From NCBI RefSeq assembly GCF_964355755.1, contig NC_092672.1:9858001-9922000 (forward strand): a DNA stretch of 64,000 nucleotides, in the 5' to 3' direction. Under the pieces are notes generated by a model. It did not search any database, was not told the origin of the DNA, and saw only the letters and a program-made list of their open reading frames with translations. Below are positions 26,706 through 41,094 of this stretch, piece after piece. Source of the stretch: Antedon mediterranea (Eukaryota; Animalia; Echinodermata). Each line of letters opens with the position of its first letter. Position 1 is the stretch's first letter. The position numbers and the translations under genes are program-made.

Positions 26706-27739
26706 ATGCCAGTTTGCGGCGCCCCTGCCTTAACCGAATCGACATGTAAATAATAATAAATGATTATGAATTAATTTGAAGGCATTGAAGTACGACAATA
26801 GTTCAGTATTGAGTGGCATTGGTTTTAAAAGTCTCGGACTTTACATATGTCAAAATAAATATTAAATTTCGTGTCAAGTACGTCGTTAGATCTGAACTTT
26901 TACAGTTTATTATTAAGTTCACGTTTTCTTGTTGTTGAATGTTACATTAGACAATTATCATGTTATTCCAAATTACAAATCGTTCGTAAATCAAATGAAT
27001 TTAAGTCATTAAATTACTTATTAAGAAGGTTTAATCTTGTTTATTACATTTACCCGGGTCATCTGGGACGTATTTTGGGGAGAAATCGTACACAATCTGA
27101 AATTGATACTTCATATCAAGTATTATTGATATTTACAATGTAAACTGATAGTGATATTAATCGAAAATTCATCGGTGTGTAACAAAACGAATATTACACT
27201 TACGTATTGTGAACTTTGGATAAACATATGGATGTTCATCTTCATTATTTGACGGCTAGTACAATGTGCTAAACATTGCATCCGAAAAGGTCATTTATAT
27301 TTAACGAGTGAAAACTTATTTCCATATAATCACCCATATTTCACACCAATTCGATTAACTTATGACAGAAACTATTGTCGCTTATATTAATTATAACACC
27401 GTGCTAACTATACATAGCTGCTGAAATATACACATTTTAACGAATAGTATATAGATCTCAGAATTAATCCCAGAGGTGACTATCCGTTTTTGTTGTTTGG
27501 TTCGCATGAATTAACGTAATTTATTTTATTTAGCAGTGATATCTGGTGTATATTCTTCTATGGCTACATGAGCCTATAACAATACAATTGAAAAATGTAA
27601 TATTTTAATATTAAATTGTATGAAGAAAATTAATTATTAAAGATAATTATTACTGTATTTAATTATCACATATGCAACAAAAAAAATAACAACACATTCA
27701 TTGACATGCTTTGTTGTTATTACCTATACGTTAATCTTA

Positions 27740-27865
27740 AGCTCTGTCAAACTATACTGATATGCCCAAATATGGCAGTGGTATGACCAAATATGGTAGT
27801 GATATGACATCATCATTTCGATAGGCACATTACAATTGTTTGTCACATAAAGTTTGATAGTGTAC
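27740..27865. mobile_element. Harbinger-like MITE, family B (deleted, inverted copy)
   Basis: AGCTCTGTC...TGCCCAAATATGG...GTGATATGACATCATCAT...AAGTTTGATAGTGTA. Confidence 0.6.
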
Positions 27866-28520
27866 TGAACTGAACTGAACTTGTATTGTATCTCTTTTAA
27901 ATCAGAGGCACAGTCTCAATGAGATGTGCAACAAGTTTACAGTGAAAAATAATACATACACACTTAAATATAAATACAAAACAAGAAATTAGACATAAGA
28001 ACAAAATAATAAAAAAATAAAAAATTTAAGAAAACTGAGACAGATTAAATACTAAGAAAATGAATAAATTAAGTTTGAGAAGGAATTGTATTATATATAT
28101 CATTTCGTGTGTTCCAAGCCATGGTCAGAAAAATTTTACAATGTTTGTCGAAAATAATACTTGCTAATTCGTATAGACAAGGCTTTATATACTGTTGTTA
28201 AAAAACGATTAGATTATGATTTCTATAGAAGTAATATTGATACACTAAACAAAACAATGATCTGCTTTATATATAAACAAATACGGCAATTGCTTGAAAT
28301 AACACATTATGTAACTGGCAATAGTTTGATCAAATCATATTCTGAATCAAAATAGAACGATATATATAACTGACCTTAATAATTAGCATTCAATTAAATC
28401 TACTTAATCACAATTTAATTTGACGTGCCCGCTGGCTTTTATCAATAATTCCTAAGTAAATTGTTGTAAAAGTAGATTAAATAACACAAAATAGAAGTCG
28501 ATATGGAGGGCACACTCATA
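27866..28520 (-). mobile_element. Highly decayed CR1/L2-like LINE 3' region
   Basis: (CAGTT)n-type tail on the minus strand at ~27866-27880. YLGIID-like motif at ~28440-28465 and AWN motif at ~28110. Confidence 0.35.
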
Positions 28521-28801
28521 CTCGTCGAAAATAATCCATGTCCTTTGTTAATGTATATTGCTGCTTTCATTATGGGTTAGGCCTGCTCAATATGCAGCAG
28601 AGCATCTAACAACAGGACACTGAGCTCACATTGCCAAGATATGAACTCGTAACAGTCATTTGATCTTATGTCTGGCTGCGACAAATACAGACAGTACTGT
28701 ACTAATATTCTCCTCGGTGCGCGGTGTCTGCAGGGTGATGGAACTGATCGTGTCGCAGCCACAGATAAACCCTTTGATCTCATCCTGATGTTGGATTGCT
28801 T

Positions 28802-28950
28802 TGGTAGAACCCCTTCTTTTGGGACACATGTATTTAAGGACACTTACACGAAAAAAAGTGGAGAATATGTTTTTTTTAGGGAAGAGTTCCTTTGTTTTTA
28901 CACTATATACAGCCATATTCAGAGGAAAACCTCGTATTAGGGAAACACTT
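28802..28950 (+). mobile_element. Mariner-type MITE fragment (same family as 1250-1516)
   Basis: GGTAGAACCCCTTCTTTTGGGACAC...TTTAAGGACAC...TTTTACACTA..CAGCCA. Confidence 0.45.
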
Positions 28951-28995
28951 GGTCTTACAGCTTTTAAATTCCAGTTTTATTATTTTCACTTCATT

Positions 28996-29209
28996 AGGCG
29001 CAAATTTACACAGACGAGCGCTTACTTGTCCGACGTAAAATATGTATCAACTTAGGCCTAAGCAATTTTTTCCGCTCAACCCACGTCCGCTCCTCATTTT
29101 GTGTAAATGTTCATAAAAAATAATTATATATGTATGTGTGTATTATATTTTGTTTTCCGCTTAGCTTTTACCGTTTTTACCCATACCGCTCGTCTGCGTA
29201 AATTGGCCT
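28996..29209. mobile_element. Harbinger-like MITE, family C
   Basis: TIRs AGGCGCAAATTTACACAGACGAGCG / CGCTCGTCTGCGTAAATTGGCCT with TTA-like flanks. Confidence 0.6.
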
Positions 29210-31286
29210 TTAGGCGTCAATGAAACAAAGTGGACAGGATACCTTGGTTTAATGCATTGAATTCTTATTTCATCTTAATGCTATAGATCATACTTTAACG
29301 AATCATTCTTTGTTAATGGAATTTGTTTTTCAGAATGGCCATGGATGATATTCTTTTGTGATAATATTAATGATGTTAATGTTTGCAATTGATTGGTTAT
29401 TGCTTAGTGCAATATAAGCCAATAAGACCGTCGTAGGAGATTCATCTATGGTAACATTAAGAACAAGGCTTATAATATCATTAAATTAATCATATTGTGT
29501 TTTTAAACTCGAATGAAATAGCTAAATTCGAAGTCTCCGAGTAGATTGTCTCAAATTCTTGACTCTCTAATTTTAAATATTCATTGTTTCTTTTTTTATA
29601 AAAAAATCCGCATCTTTTAATAACAGACATGAAATGTGTAAGCCTACAAGAAAAATATTTTAGTACGAATATATACAATTTTATAAGATAAATAGTACAT
29701 TTAAATAATACAAACAATACATTAAATTGTGTAATAGGGACGAATTAATTGAATTAACTCCCATGCAATTCTAATGTTTATGTTTGTGAGAATGGAGGGT
29801 ATAACTTATAATACATCTATTTTTTTTTCATTATGTCATTAGAGCCACCAAGTCATACCGGATTCAATTCGTATCGATGCGATTTATGAGGGTCCCTAAT
29901 GATCAGCCTGTTTAAATACTGTGTTAAAATATTTATTATTATTATTTTGTGATACCATGGAGAATTATTTATTCAGGCAAAAGATACATTTTACAAAATA
30001 TAATACAAATCAGCAAATTAAACAAACACGACGCAAGAAGAAAAAATAAAATCATAGTCACTAGCTGCCAGGAAAGCACAAACGCAGCCTAAGTCACTGT
30101 CACCAATTCGGTGTGTACCTCCAACCAGTGACTAATTATTACAAATAATATAGATGATAATAATATAGATAATATTATTATATTCTATAAGGCTCTTAAC
30201 ATTACATAGATACAGTTATATAATCTGATGTATTGCAAACTTGCATTGGGAAGCGATGATCTGCGTACATTAGTTGGTGAAATTAAACTAGTGAACTCAA
30301 CATTATTATGCGAACGATTAGTAACCAATTGTGATTAATAGATGGGCGCCAATAATGATAATTGAACTGACCACGTTAATGTTATTGTTTTGATGGCTTT
30401 ACTGATAGCATTAATGCGATATGTTTATCTATATGATTTTTCGATTGGCCACGTGTCTGCTCTCAGCAAAACAAGATGGATGTATTATACCTCTATTTAA
30501 TTGGTTTTATCAACCCTGTGGTTTGATGGTTAGTGTGCCTGTCTCATAAAGTCAAGTACACAAGTTCATTCTTTAGCCAGGTTTAATTCAATTTAACCGC
30601 GGATTACCAAATGGATTGAATATTTTACTTTATTTTTTAATTATACACAAAATATAGAACAAATTTAACACTATTATATAATATAGTTATTATATCTATA
30701 TATACAGTATATTAGTAAACGTATAGGCATGGAATGGAACAGACTCACTGAACACAACATTATGCATTTAACAATGTTCAACCTCACTGAAAGTAATACA
30801 CGTAGTATATTTTCTCTATTAATATTATATTGCGTTACGTCAAGATACGCCGCCAATCTATAACTTTACGTCATTTAACGATATACGTTGGCGGCGCATG
30901 ATAAACACGGTTACAAATTCAAATGTGTCGTCGTTTTCACGTCAGTTGTGATAAAGTGACATCAACAATGTTCTAGTTGTCGTCTGCAACGTCAAAATCA
31001 TGATTATGTGTAGAGTTATGGTATAGTAGTATCAATTAATGTAACTGTTGTTGAGACGACGGAAGGTTACGTTGTAGGTTTGAAATTACAAAATGATGTA
31101 GGCCTACTTTAGTTATGTACTATACGTATATATCAAGATGCCAGAAGCGGCTGATGAGTAAGTCTATTCATTAACAAACATACAGGTACGGTGTAAGCAA
31201 AGGCTACACCTTAAATCACATTCCTTTGTTTGAGCATTCTTCCAACTTAATTTCAATTAACACGTATCTTAAATCATGGATTCTTA

Positions 31287-31440
31287 AGCTTGGTTCCCAC
31301 TAGAACGTTACGCAAGGACGTAAACGCAACGCAAGCGTTTTAACCAATCAAATCAAGCGAATAAGACATCGCTTGTGATTGGTCAATTCACTTGCGTTGC
31401 GTTTACGTCCTTGCGTTGCGTCGCTAGTGGGAACCACGCT
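31287..31440. mobile_element. PIF/Harbinger MITE, family A, intact with target-site duplication
   Basis: TTA|AGCTTGGTTCCCACTAG...CTAGTGGGAACCACGCT|TTA. Almost entirely palindromic, with a 3-bp TTA duplication. Confidence 0.85.
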
Positions 31441-32360
31441 TTAGATGTGTAGGCCTACGTACGTCTACTACGGTGTCAGTTTCAAGCGTCATGACTTAGA
31501 GTAGGCCTACATCAACGTCTTAAAGTGATCTAATTTTTTTCAAAATGTTAAACAAAAGCAATTCTGGGAGATCGTTCATATAATCGTAACCTACTCTCTG
31601 TCTATTCAATGTTCTCCTATTCTAAGAAATTTAATTAACATATGTGTTCTCACTGAACTTTAGCATCTCTTTAGGCATACTATTATGTAGGCCTACATTT
31701 TGTATTATTTATCTTTTGTAGATGTATGAGATTTTTACAGTTATATCTATTTATAAGACCTATAGGCCTAGACCTATGATTACTCTGACCCGCACATTAA
31801 AACAAGTTGGTGTTGGTTATTTTGTTTTTAATGTACTGCGGATACCAAGCGTATTTCCTGGGGAAAATATCCAACTTACACGAATATATACTTACTGAGA
31901 ATAGTATTTTCATTCTCGCAACGTTGCATCTGCAACAGTAGCAATGTTTGAACGGTTTGAATACATTGAATCTTGCATGGAAATTAAGAATAATCATGAT
32001 ACATCTTCTTTCACTAGTAAATTTAACAGTACAATGGTAGCCTTTGGTGATACAGAAATCTTACAAACACGTAGATCCAATACCGTACTAAATTTTAGTT
32101 AGTGCAAAGCCCTGATTTTAGATAGATTGACTCTCTAAAACCGCCAAAGGGATATTTTAGCGCACGGTACAAATAATTGTCTATAGTTTTATCTTGGAGC
32201 AAATTCATTCACGATTCAACTCGAACGCACAATGCATTCAAACAAAACATTCGGCGATTCCATTCTGTTAACAAGTTGCTCTATGTTTCGTCAATTGGTT
32301 AACATTAACTTTTACATAGCATATCAACATTAAATCATTGATAATCAATCAATCAATCAA

Positions 32361-32391
32361 TATGTACCAATCATAAATTGATTGGTACATA
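32361..32391. repeat. Perfect 13-bp hairpin next to (AATC)n
   Basis: TATGTACCAATCA-TAAAT-TGATTGGTACATA. Confidence 0.6.
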
Positions 32392-33738
32392 CCGTAGTTC
32401 ATTTGTATTATTACGTTATACAACATATGCAATGCACACATAGCTTTTAGTTGTGGATTTATAAAGTAGGCCTAGACAGAGTCTTTTTATCGATTTTTGG
32501 AATTTTAGCTCTAAATAACATCATGACTAAAATACGTCGTTTTTATGTTACATTCAATGATATACTATATAGCATAACAACTATATTAGTGTGTCGCGCT
32601 ATAGTATTGATATTATTTATAGTCGAGAATGACATCAGAAAGCATCTGTGAATTATTAGCCTGAACTGTGATTTCAAAGATGCATTGTTTGGTAACCTGA
32701 CAATCTGATCAATAATGTTTGGGTAAACATTTTAGGGTTTGACACTTTCACCTGCTGTTTTATTCTGTTCTGAATCAAGAGTTACTTTCACCTATCTTTA
32801 TTGAGACAATACATTGACTGATGACGTGTCTTCGCCCATAATGAAGTTTAGCAATTGAAAAAAGGTCTTCAATCTGTATAATAAACAACAGAATAAATCT
32901 TAAAACATGAATCGATGACTGATTTATCAGACGTTACTTAAACTATACCGTAACAATTCATTCATCGTTATGTTTTTCTATTCGGGGTTGTATTACCTAA
33001 CATATTATCTAACTATGTACCTCAGTTCCATACCATGTATTTCTTCTCATGCTATTGCCTTTTTTTCAGCAAACTTGTTTTCTGCAGTTTGCCGAAGTTT
33101 GTCAGTAAACCTTGGAAAACTTCCCTTGACAAACCCGGGGTTTTCTGGAGTTTTCAACAGTTTGCCAGTGTAGATTAGGTTTAACAACCGTGAATGCGCA
33201 TGCGCCTTAGCACAACGTAAGCTATCGTATTGTGCTAATGTAAACTTTCTAGTTTTCCTGATTTCCGTACGTTTAGTAACGCATTGGATATACCTTCAAT
33301 AACGTAATGTAACGTTCTTTTACTATGTCGAAACCTTGCAATTATTTAGATACATGACTATCCTATTGGACCTAACGTTACGTAAATGTTCTGGCTTGCC
33401 TTGTGATCGTGTAAATGTTTACTTTTTTTTAGCTGCGGGCCTATATCCAAATAAAATCTAAACAATGGTAAATATGCACTTAATATGGTATGAACTTTTA
33501 TGAGATATTGGAGAAACTCCGTGCTACTGATAATGTTTTAATTAGAATAATCAATATAAGTATTATAACTGTACCATTGTTTACATTAAATATTACACCT
33601 ACCGAGTTGTTTAAAGGATAACTAGTTGATACTTGGAAAACCGAAATAGGCCTTTCCTCTCACTCAAAGGAAACAAACATACAAACTACGAAACCCTCCA
33701 AGACCAATATTATTATCTGGGATCTCTATCATACAAAA

Positions 33739-33891
33739 ATCCTGGTTTCCTGAGTTTGTTCGCGCGAATCGAAGGCGTCAGCTAATACGCATGCGTAGAG
33801 AAGGATTTGGAAGACGTAAACATGAATACACATGCGTACAAGCTGGCGCGTTCGATTCGCGCGAACAAATTCGCCTAGTGGAAAATCGGCT
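33739..33891. mobile_element. Harbinger-like MITE, family D
   Basis: Inverted arms TTTGTTCGCGCGAATCGAA..CAGCT..TACGCATG / CATGCGTAC.AGCTG..TTCGATTCGCGCGAACAAA. The right terminus CTAGTGGAAAATCGGCT|TTA resembles the family-A terminus. Confidence 0.65.
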
Positions 33892-34804
33892 TTACTCCTT
33901 CATTTTCTTCCTGTTTTATATTTCAATTCCAATTAATATTATCACACCAGATAACCACATTTTTAAGCTACTGTTTCCATTGAAAATATTCAAAATTATA
34001 TTTCCCCCACTGTAAACCAGAATTAGATCTTTTTATGAGCATCATATAAAATATTTAATAATATGCATGCATATATAAATAATTTCATTTGATCCTATTA
34101 TCAATATTTCTTTTCACTGTCAATCAATTGTTATGTCATGTTTATATATATGTTTTTTTTTCAGCCGTAGGAACACATTTAAGAAGTATAGAGCAGATGC
34201 AGATGAAATTTAAATTTTAAATAATAGCGTTTAAAACAAGAAAATCCAAAGTAGTACGCAATTCCTGTTATTTCTGAAAAATGATAAATTAATTGTCATT
34301 TATTGATTCTGATGCACACGATAAGTTTATTCTAATGGACAATGATCAACTGGAGATAAACAATGTTGGCACCTAAGTATACGTATACACATGTGTGATG
34401 AATTATTCTATAACCCAGAGGCAGAATAAGTCATAATAACCAGAGATTAGCAGTCATATAACTGAACTACTTTACTATGGTGCGTACGGATACTGTCATA
34501 CTTTTGCGCCAATTGCTATGATGTCGGATATATATGCGTAAATGCGTATTGTGACGCGTATTTAACCCATGTATTAATCGTATTCTGATTTTTTATTATT
34601 AATCCATAAGAGATATATATATATGTTGGACACGTGTTGTAACATAACAGTCTCGAACATCTGCAACCTATAGCTATACTTTCGCACAGCAGATTTGATT
34701 TTATTGAGGAATTTATAATCAAAAGTTTATAAATGGAAAGTCTTTGACGAAGAACAAAACGCGATTTATTAAAGGAACAAAGTACACGAGAAAGCCAAGC
34801 CAAG

Positions 34805-34865
34805 ATGGAGTCGTGGATTTTGGAAATACTGTCCATACTATGTTTCGTTTTAGTATCATCAACTG
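34805..34865 (+). CDS. Signal-peptide-encoding first coding exon (MESWILEILSILCFVLVSST+1 nt) of an unidentified secreted or membrane protein
   Basis: Kozak-like CAAGATGG, 20 codons with a hydrophobic core, and a perfect phase-1 donor G|GTAAGT at 34866. Possible upstream acceptor TTTCGCACAG at 34689. Confidence 0.6.
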
Positions 34866-34939
34866 GTAAGTTACTATTGTTTCTATTTTCTCAAATGATA
34901 TGATTATTCATATTTTGGGCTTGGTAAAGTTAATCGTTG

Positions 34940-35140
34940 TACTCGCATAGTCTCAACAAACAACGCGTTTTTCTCGCATATAGTCTCAACAAAAAACGCG
35001 TTTTACTTACATAGTTCAACGCGTTTTACTTGCATAGTCTTAACAAACAACGCGTTTTACTCGCATAGTCCAACGCGTTTTACTCGCATACTATAGTTTC
35101 CACAACGGTGTTTTACTCGGTCCCAACAACGCGTTTTTAA
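34940..35140. repeat. Minisatellite, ~23-32-bp unit CAACGCGTTTTACTCGCATAGTC
   Basis: About 7 degenerate tandem copies, with a second cluster at ~35560-35650. Confidence 0.75.
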
Positions 35141-35559
35141 CAATTTTTCATCAACGTGTATTTTAGACAAAACGTGCTTGTTTGCGTTTGAAAAACGTAG
35201 GACATATGATTATGTTCCTCGAGTATAGTACCTTGACCCGGTATATATAAAGTAGGCGTAGGAGAAAAGATTCTTTATGATTTTATGGATGGTGAGTATC
35301 ATTCATCTCACCGTCAGAATATGTTAAAACACATAAAATACTATTGATTATAAATTGAAGCGTCATGTTATAAAAGAATTAGCTTGATGTAGCTCAATAC
35401 ATTGTTTTTTAATCTCTCAAACAACCACGTCTCCTTATTAGTTACAGGTAGGCCAATTTATTAGATTGTGGTTCAATTCATTGCATTTATATTGATAGAT
35501 CTATTTGTTAATTACAATACAGTTACACTGCAGTACGTCAACACAAAAGTACAGTCAAA

Positions 35560-35650
35560 ACTACGCGTTTTAACTTGCATATTCCAACGCGTTTTATTCG
35601 CATAGTCCAACGCGTTTTACTTGCATATTATAATCTCCAAAACGCGTTTG
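35560..35650. repeat. Second cluster of the ACGCGTTTT minisatellite
   Basis: About 4 copies of ACGCGTTTT(A)..TTGCATA. Confidence 0.65.
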
Positions 35651-38600
35651 CCGAATGTTTTAATATAATTTTCACGTTCATCTCTTGTCTGTTATATTTG
35701 ATAATGATTATGTTGATACCTAAAATTACATAATCTGTTTCTTATAAATTTAATATGATTTGGAAGACACTTGATATGTTGCTATTTTACCTTCAGTTGA
35801 TATAATACCGTTATATACAACAGTCTAATCACGTTCAATTGAAAAGTACACATATAATGTTCCCGACATTCATTTGGTGACGTCATGATGGTAATATACC
35901 ATGGATTGAAATACGAAATGAAATATAAGGTGTTTCATTCGCTGCTTGATGTTTGACTTTCTTAAATAGCTCATCATAATAATGTTGTTTTAGCATTTAT
36001 CTGTGGTGTGATTAAACCCCGTGTATGTATTATGTAGTCGATTACCGTACCACACTGACACTGCACATCCAACACGCTCGCTTATTACATGGTGTTTCAT
36101 ATCATAATTACACTGTCACTTCAATATTTAAAGGGTTAGCATTCTATAACTCCCTCATGACGATCACATTAATTTAATGACATATGTTATTAGTACGATA
36201 ACCAATCTTTAAATTCTATTATGTTGATGTTGGCACATCCGTTTATTATACAAGACACCTTTCATAACATATTGTTATGCCTACCTCTCATCACGATCAT
36301 GACTACAGTTTTTCTGATAGCTCTCACGGGAATTAATACTTAAAGCGAATACTGACATCTTCGTTTAAAACGTGTATTCTATGTTTAAAAAAAAAGTAAC
36401 ATCACATGTGAACCTATTCCATTAGCATAGTTATTTTTTAAACAATCTAAACTGTGAACAAGAGCGACTGGTGTCGACACTGACGATCAACCAGGGTCTA
36501 TATCAAAACAAACATAACATTAACCTAAGCTATTACATTTCAGTGACGAATCAAGGCGTTGTACAGCCTGACAATATGTATAATTATATTACATTATACT
36601 GTGCATGCATTATGTGTTTGATCGAAGTGTGTAAATTAGTGTATGTAGGTTTATAAAGAGAACTTAGTTAGAGTTAAAATAATAATTATCGCACACTATA
36701 ACATACACAATTAAATCGAGTCTAAAGTTTTTATTTGGTTTTATTAAATATCAGTAAGACTAGATTACATATTATTGTAAAATTAAATTTGTTTATTGAT
36801 TTGATGATGGAATATTTATTCTATTTTATAATGGAATGGGCGGATAAACATATGTAGTAGTACGGTATATCTCTGTATATACCCAGAAGAACAATATTAA
36901 CTATTAAATGTAGACGTTGGTCTATCTCTTTTTTTCTATTTTCACAAAATTGTCCATATTAAAAAAAAAAAACATTATATACCTAAACATTTACAGTATG
37001 AGCATTGAACCAATCAACGTTTTTCTACTGAGCCGATTAGTCGCAATCATGTTAGGGGATTTGGGTAAAGATAGTTAGAATTATTTCAGCTGTCATACTC
37101 AGGAATGTCAAAGGTTGTTCGTATACGTTTACAGTTAATTTTGTACTAAAGTAAAGTGTCTTGACAATAGCAACTTGATACTATGTCCACTTAAGACTTA
37201 TTCACACTAACAATTAATTAAAATTCTCTACCTTACTTGCAGTTTCCCAAAATGTGTATCTTATAATAGGAGAATACACTTGTCAGATCCTAATTGTCTT
37301 AAAATACGCCGTCGTGAAAGAGCAACATTTTTTTAGAAAAGTTTTCCATCGATAGAGGGGGCAGTTTTAAATAGTAAGAATATTCTGTTAGTCCGTTTCT
37401 TAGTTCGCAATCTGCGCCCTCATTCGGTTCAATGTGAAAGTAAAACTCATGAGCCCGGAGAGCACAGCTTGTTGCCTTTTCTTACTTTACAATTTTGAAG
37501 CATTCGTATTATTAAGGGAAGACACATAATTCATGAGAAAAGAACAATATACATAGGTGACACGTAACATAGGCTGTGCGTAAAATGGGAAAATTAAATG
37601 ATTATGCCTACTTAGGTAGGCCTACGGATCATATGGGTGGATGGAATAGAGGATGGGTGAACTATGCAAATTAGTTTCTTATTTACCAAGTTAAGCTAGT
37701 AGGCCTAAGGCCAAATACTGAATTCTAACATTAACCACTACCAAAAACGTTAAATAGCAAATCTATTTTAAAAAGTCACGAGTGCCTCTAACATTTGATG
37801 ACGTCACATTGTTTTATTTGGCCTTAACTGTGCCTTGTTAGTTTATTTTTGTATTATTGTGTTTGGTTGCCATGACAATCTTATGAAAAAATATTAACGT
37901 TGTATTAACATGACAAAAACTTGACAATGACGTGTATAATGAAATAATAGCTAATTTTAGAAATCTGGCTTACGGTTTTATGGTTATACCGCCACCAATA
38001 TTAAACGGTACAATTCGGCGTTAGACTTACGGTAATTCACGGCTCTCAAAAATGAGCTTTCAGAGATACACGATAGCTTGAAATATCATGTTTGCTTATT
38101 ATTGTCTGTATATTAACACGTCATATAATCAATAGGCCTATTTTTAATACCATTTTAGTATTTCTAAGAACGGACCTTGTACGGAGGCAGTTGGTTATGG
38201 GTCTAGTAATCACACATTAATAAATAAATAAACTAGTTATTAATTAATAAATAGGTTAATAGATAAGATAGGAAATAAATAGATGTTGTGTGTCTGAATC
38301 ATTATAACGCCTTTTGAGGAGAAAATTAATGCTGAGAATAATTTCGCGCGCCAGCGTAGCAGCAAAGAAGCTATACAAAACTACCGTATTTTTATTACAC
38401 GTGTAAAATACAATGCAAACATATATATTTTTCTTGACACAAAAAATTCATTTTTAAAATTAACCTTTATCTGATTGTACCATGTATATAAATATAATTG
38501 TAAAAAAGGTTTTACTAAATTGTCGAAATTGTATATATATTAACATTCATAAAACACTTATTTAATTAATTTTGTAGCCACAGGTTTTACAGTGTCTCAA

Positions 38601-41094
38601 ACTAACCAAACACGTTCGCTAATACTATTACTAGCTTACTTGTAGTTTCTCTAAGAGTAGCATAAAACATTATCTGTGCATACAGTAAATACCTTAACAT
38701 CGTCGTGTACATAAATCGGCAAAGTGGGACACTTTAATGCTAAACGATCCGAACAAGCCTACTTGTCATTATGGCTTTACCTCACCGACTTATTACGAGT
38801 TCAATGGACGATATCTTAATATTCCTTCAAGATCAAAATATATACAAGGCTTAATGCGTTTCATATAGCATTTATTAAGTGATTTGACTAAGTAAATTGA
38901 TATCTTGTAAGCATGTAGAATCTAAATCATGTTTAAATTAATGTCGGTAGCTTTTAGTATCGCAAGAAAAGCATGACCTAGCTAATCATATTCAAATCGA
39001 ATCTTATTATTTCAATCTTGTTTTATTTTTCTAAATTATCCGTATTGCCTTATGTTTCGATTCCAGGCCTCTGACAATTTCTTAATCGATTATCTTAAAC
39101 AAATAAAATAAACAAAATAAATTACAGGTTCACATTTGCAAGGCTAACAACCCTAAACAAACCAACATAAACATGGCTAGATGATATTAGGACTGTATTT
39201 TTACTCCTTATATATTTTTGGGAATTTAAAACAAATCACATCGTTGCTTTAACATTCCAACTGTTATTAAATTATAAATCCTCATGATTTGTTTTACTAT
39301 ATTTTTCGTTTTCAATTCTCTCTCCCCCCCCCCCACTCCCAAAAGAGATCGTATTCTATTTGTGCCTAGCTTATCCGGATAAAGATTATTGTAGGGATGC
39401 TCCACTCATGTGGAGAGGACGTTTAATGGATTTTCGTGTTTAAAAATCCCGATCTTCGAGAATAGGCTTTAGACCTCATAAAGTTAGTTTATCTAAGTAA
39501 ATACCAACACCACTGTTGGTGTGTGTGTATTTAATGCGACATAAATATATTTAATACCGTGATGCTGCTGATGATAGTGTATGTGGGCCACACGATCATA
39601 ATGAATAACGCCCCTACCCCATAATATGTACAGACTATTATATCGCACAACATTTTTACTACAGTACTGATTGTTAATAAAAAATAATTTATATTAAATT
39701 ATAATTTCTTAAATTATTAAGAATATAGGCCAAATATTTAAAAAAAATACATTATTTAATGAAGAAAGAACAAATATTAAAGCTGTTACGTTAAAATGTC
39801 GTGCGGCGTTTTTTGTATTTATTTTTTCACATATTTGACAATGTAGCTAGTCCTACATTGTAGTTTGACACTGAGTGATGAATTAGCTCCGATACTAAAA
39901 CGCATCTGACAAGCGTGTGGAATATATGGTAATCCATACGTACACATTTTGTAAGAACTAATGTTTTTATTTATTTATATACGTTTGGTACTGTCAGATG
40001 TCTGTCTAAGATACATTAGTATCATGAATTCGTATAATGTTCGATAAAAATACATTCTTTTTGCGTCTTTATGAATATCGCACATGGTGCTGTCGTTTTC
40101 TCGCGTCCTGTTTTCTTGTGAATAAAAACGTCAACATTGGTTGGTTGAACTGCCGGACATTGTTCGTCACATCGGACTATTACATTTCAATCATGAATTA
40201 CCGTAAAATTACCGTAAAATTACCGTAAATTTATAAGTCAGGGTAATACAGTAAAATGTACCTCATCGCTAAACCAGTCATATCATTTAAATCGCGGCGA
40301 AAGTACAACATAGGTGGTGCTGTTGTATTTCAAAAGCAATAGTATAAAACAAAATATTTTCCAAACGCGAAAAGATTTTCGTACACAAAAAAGTACTATT
40401 AAACGATCGTTTAATAGTGCGTACTATTGCACGCTATGTGACCCACATTCGTCCAATCAAATGACAGGAATTTATTTAGGTGTTATCATAGCTAGGACGA
40501 AAACGCGTTTGATGTTACTGCTGTGTTCATACGCCCTATAATAGTCAAGCGTTAAAAAAAAAAGATTGAAATTGATACAAATCATATTCGAGTTAAATTC
40601 AACGTATACAAAACACGCCCTAATTACACGTGTGTTCGGTTAGCTTTCTTACCACGGCGTTCGTTGTCGTTTACGCCGATTAGATATCCGATGTGACGTC
40701 ATATGCGTGTGAACGCGAAAAGTAAAACACTGTATTTTACTCCAATAGACAACGGAGCGTGAAGTATATTACTGCCAACACTTAAAATAGAGCTATTACG
40801 CTGATTTGTTAGTAAATTACGCGTCGGTTTGTGCAAAACTGTAAACCTTGGTAATAACGGTCAACGGTAAAATTATTACTCGGCGCCGTTGAACACATCA
40901 CATTCTAGAGCTTTCCAAGTATCTGTAATGTAATTGACTGATTGATTGGTCGTTTTGAATGACTGCGAAATTAGTTACATGATTTGTTTGGTTGTGTGAT
41001 TAATTTGCTTAAGCTAAATATAATAAGTCATACTTAATACCGGTAATTGACATCAAAGTTCACAGATTGAAGCACGTTTGTCTTCTTTGCGGGC

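Noticed and set aside
28575-28800. GC-richer coding-like patch with ORFs in several frames
   Set aside because: Possibly a decayed LINE RT fragment on the minus strand, but the motifs are too weak to assign and the frames are interrupted.
31151-31175. CTGATGAG as another hammerhead core (also at ~32818 and ~47562)
   Set aside because: No helix II followed by GAAA downstream.
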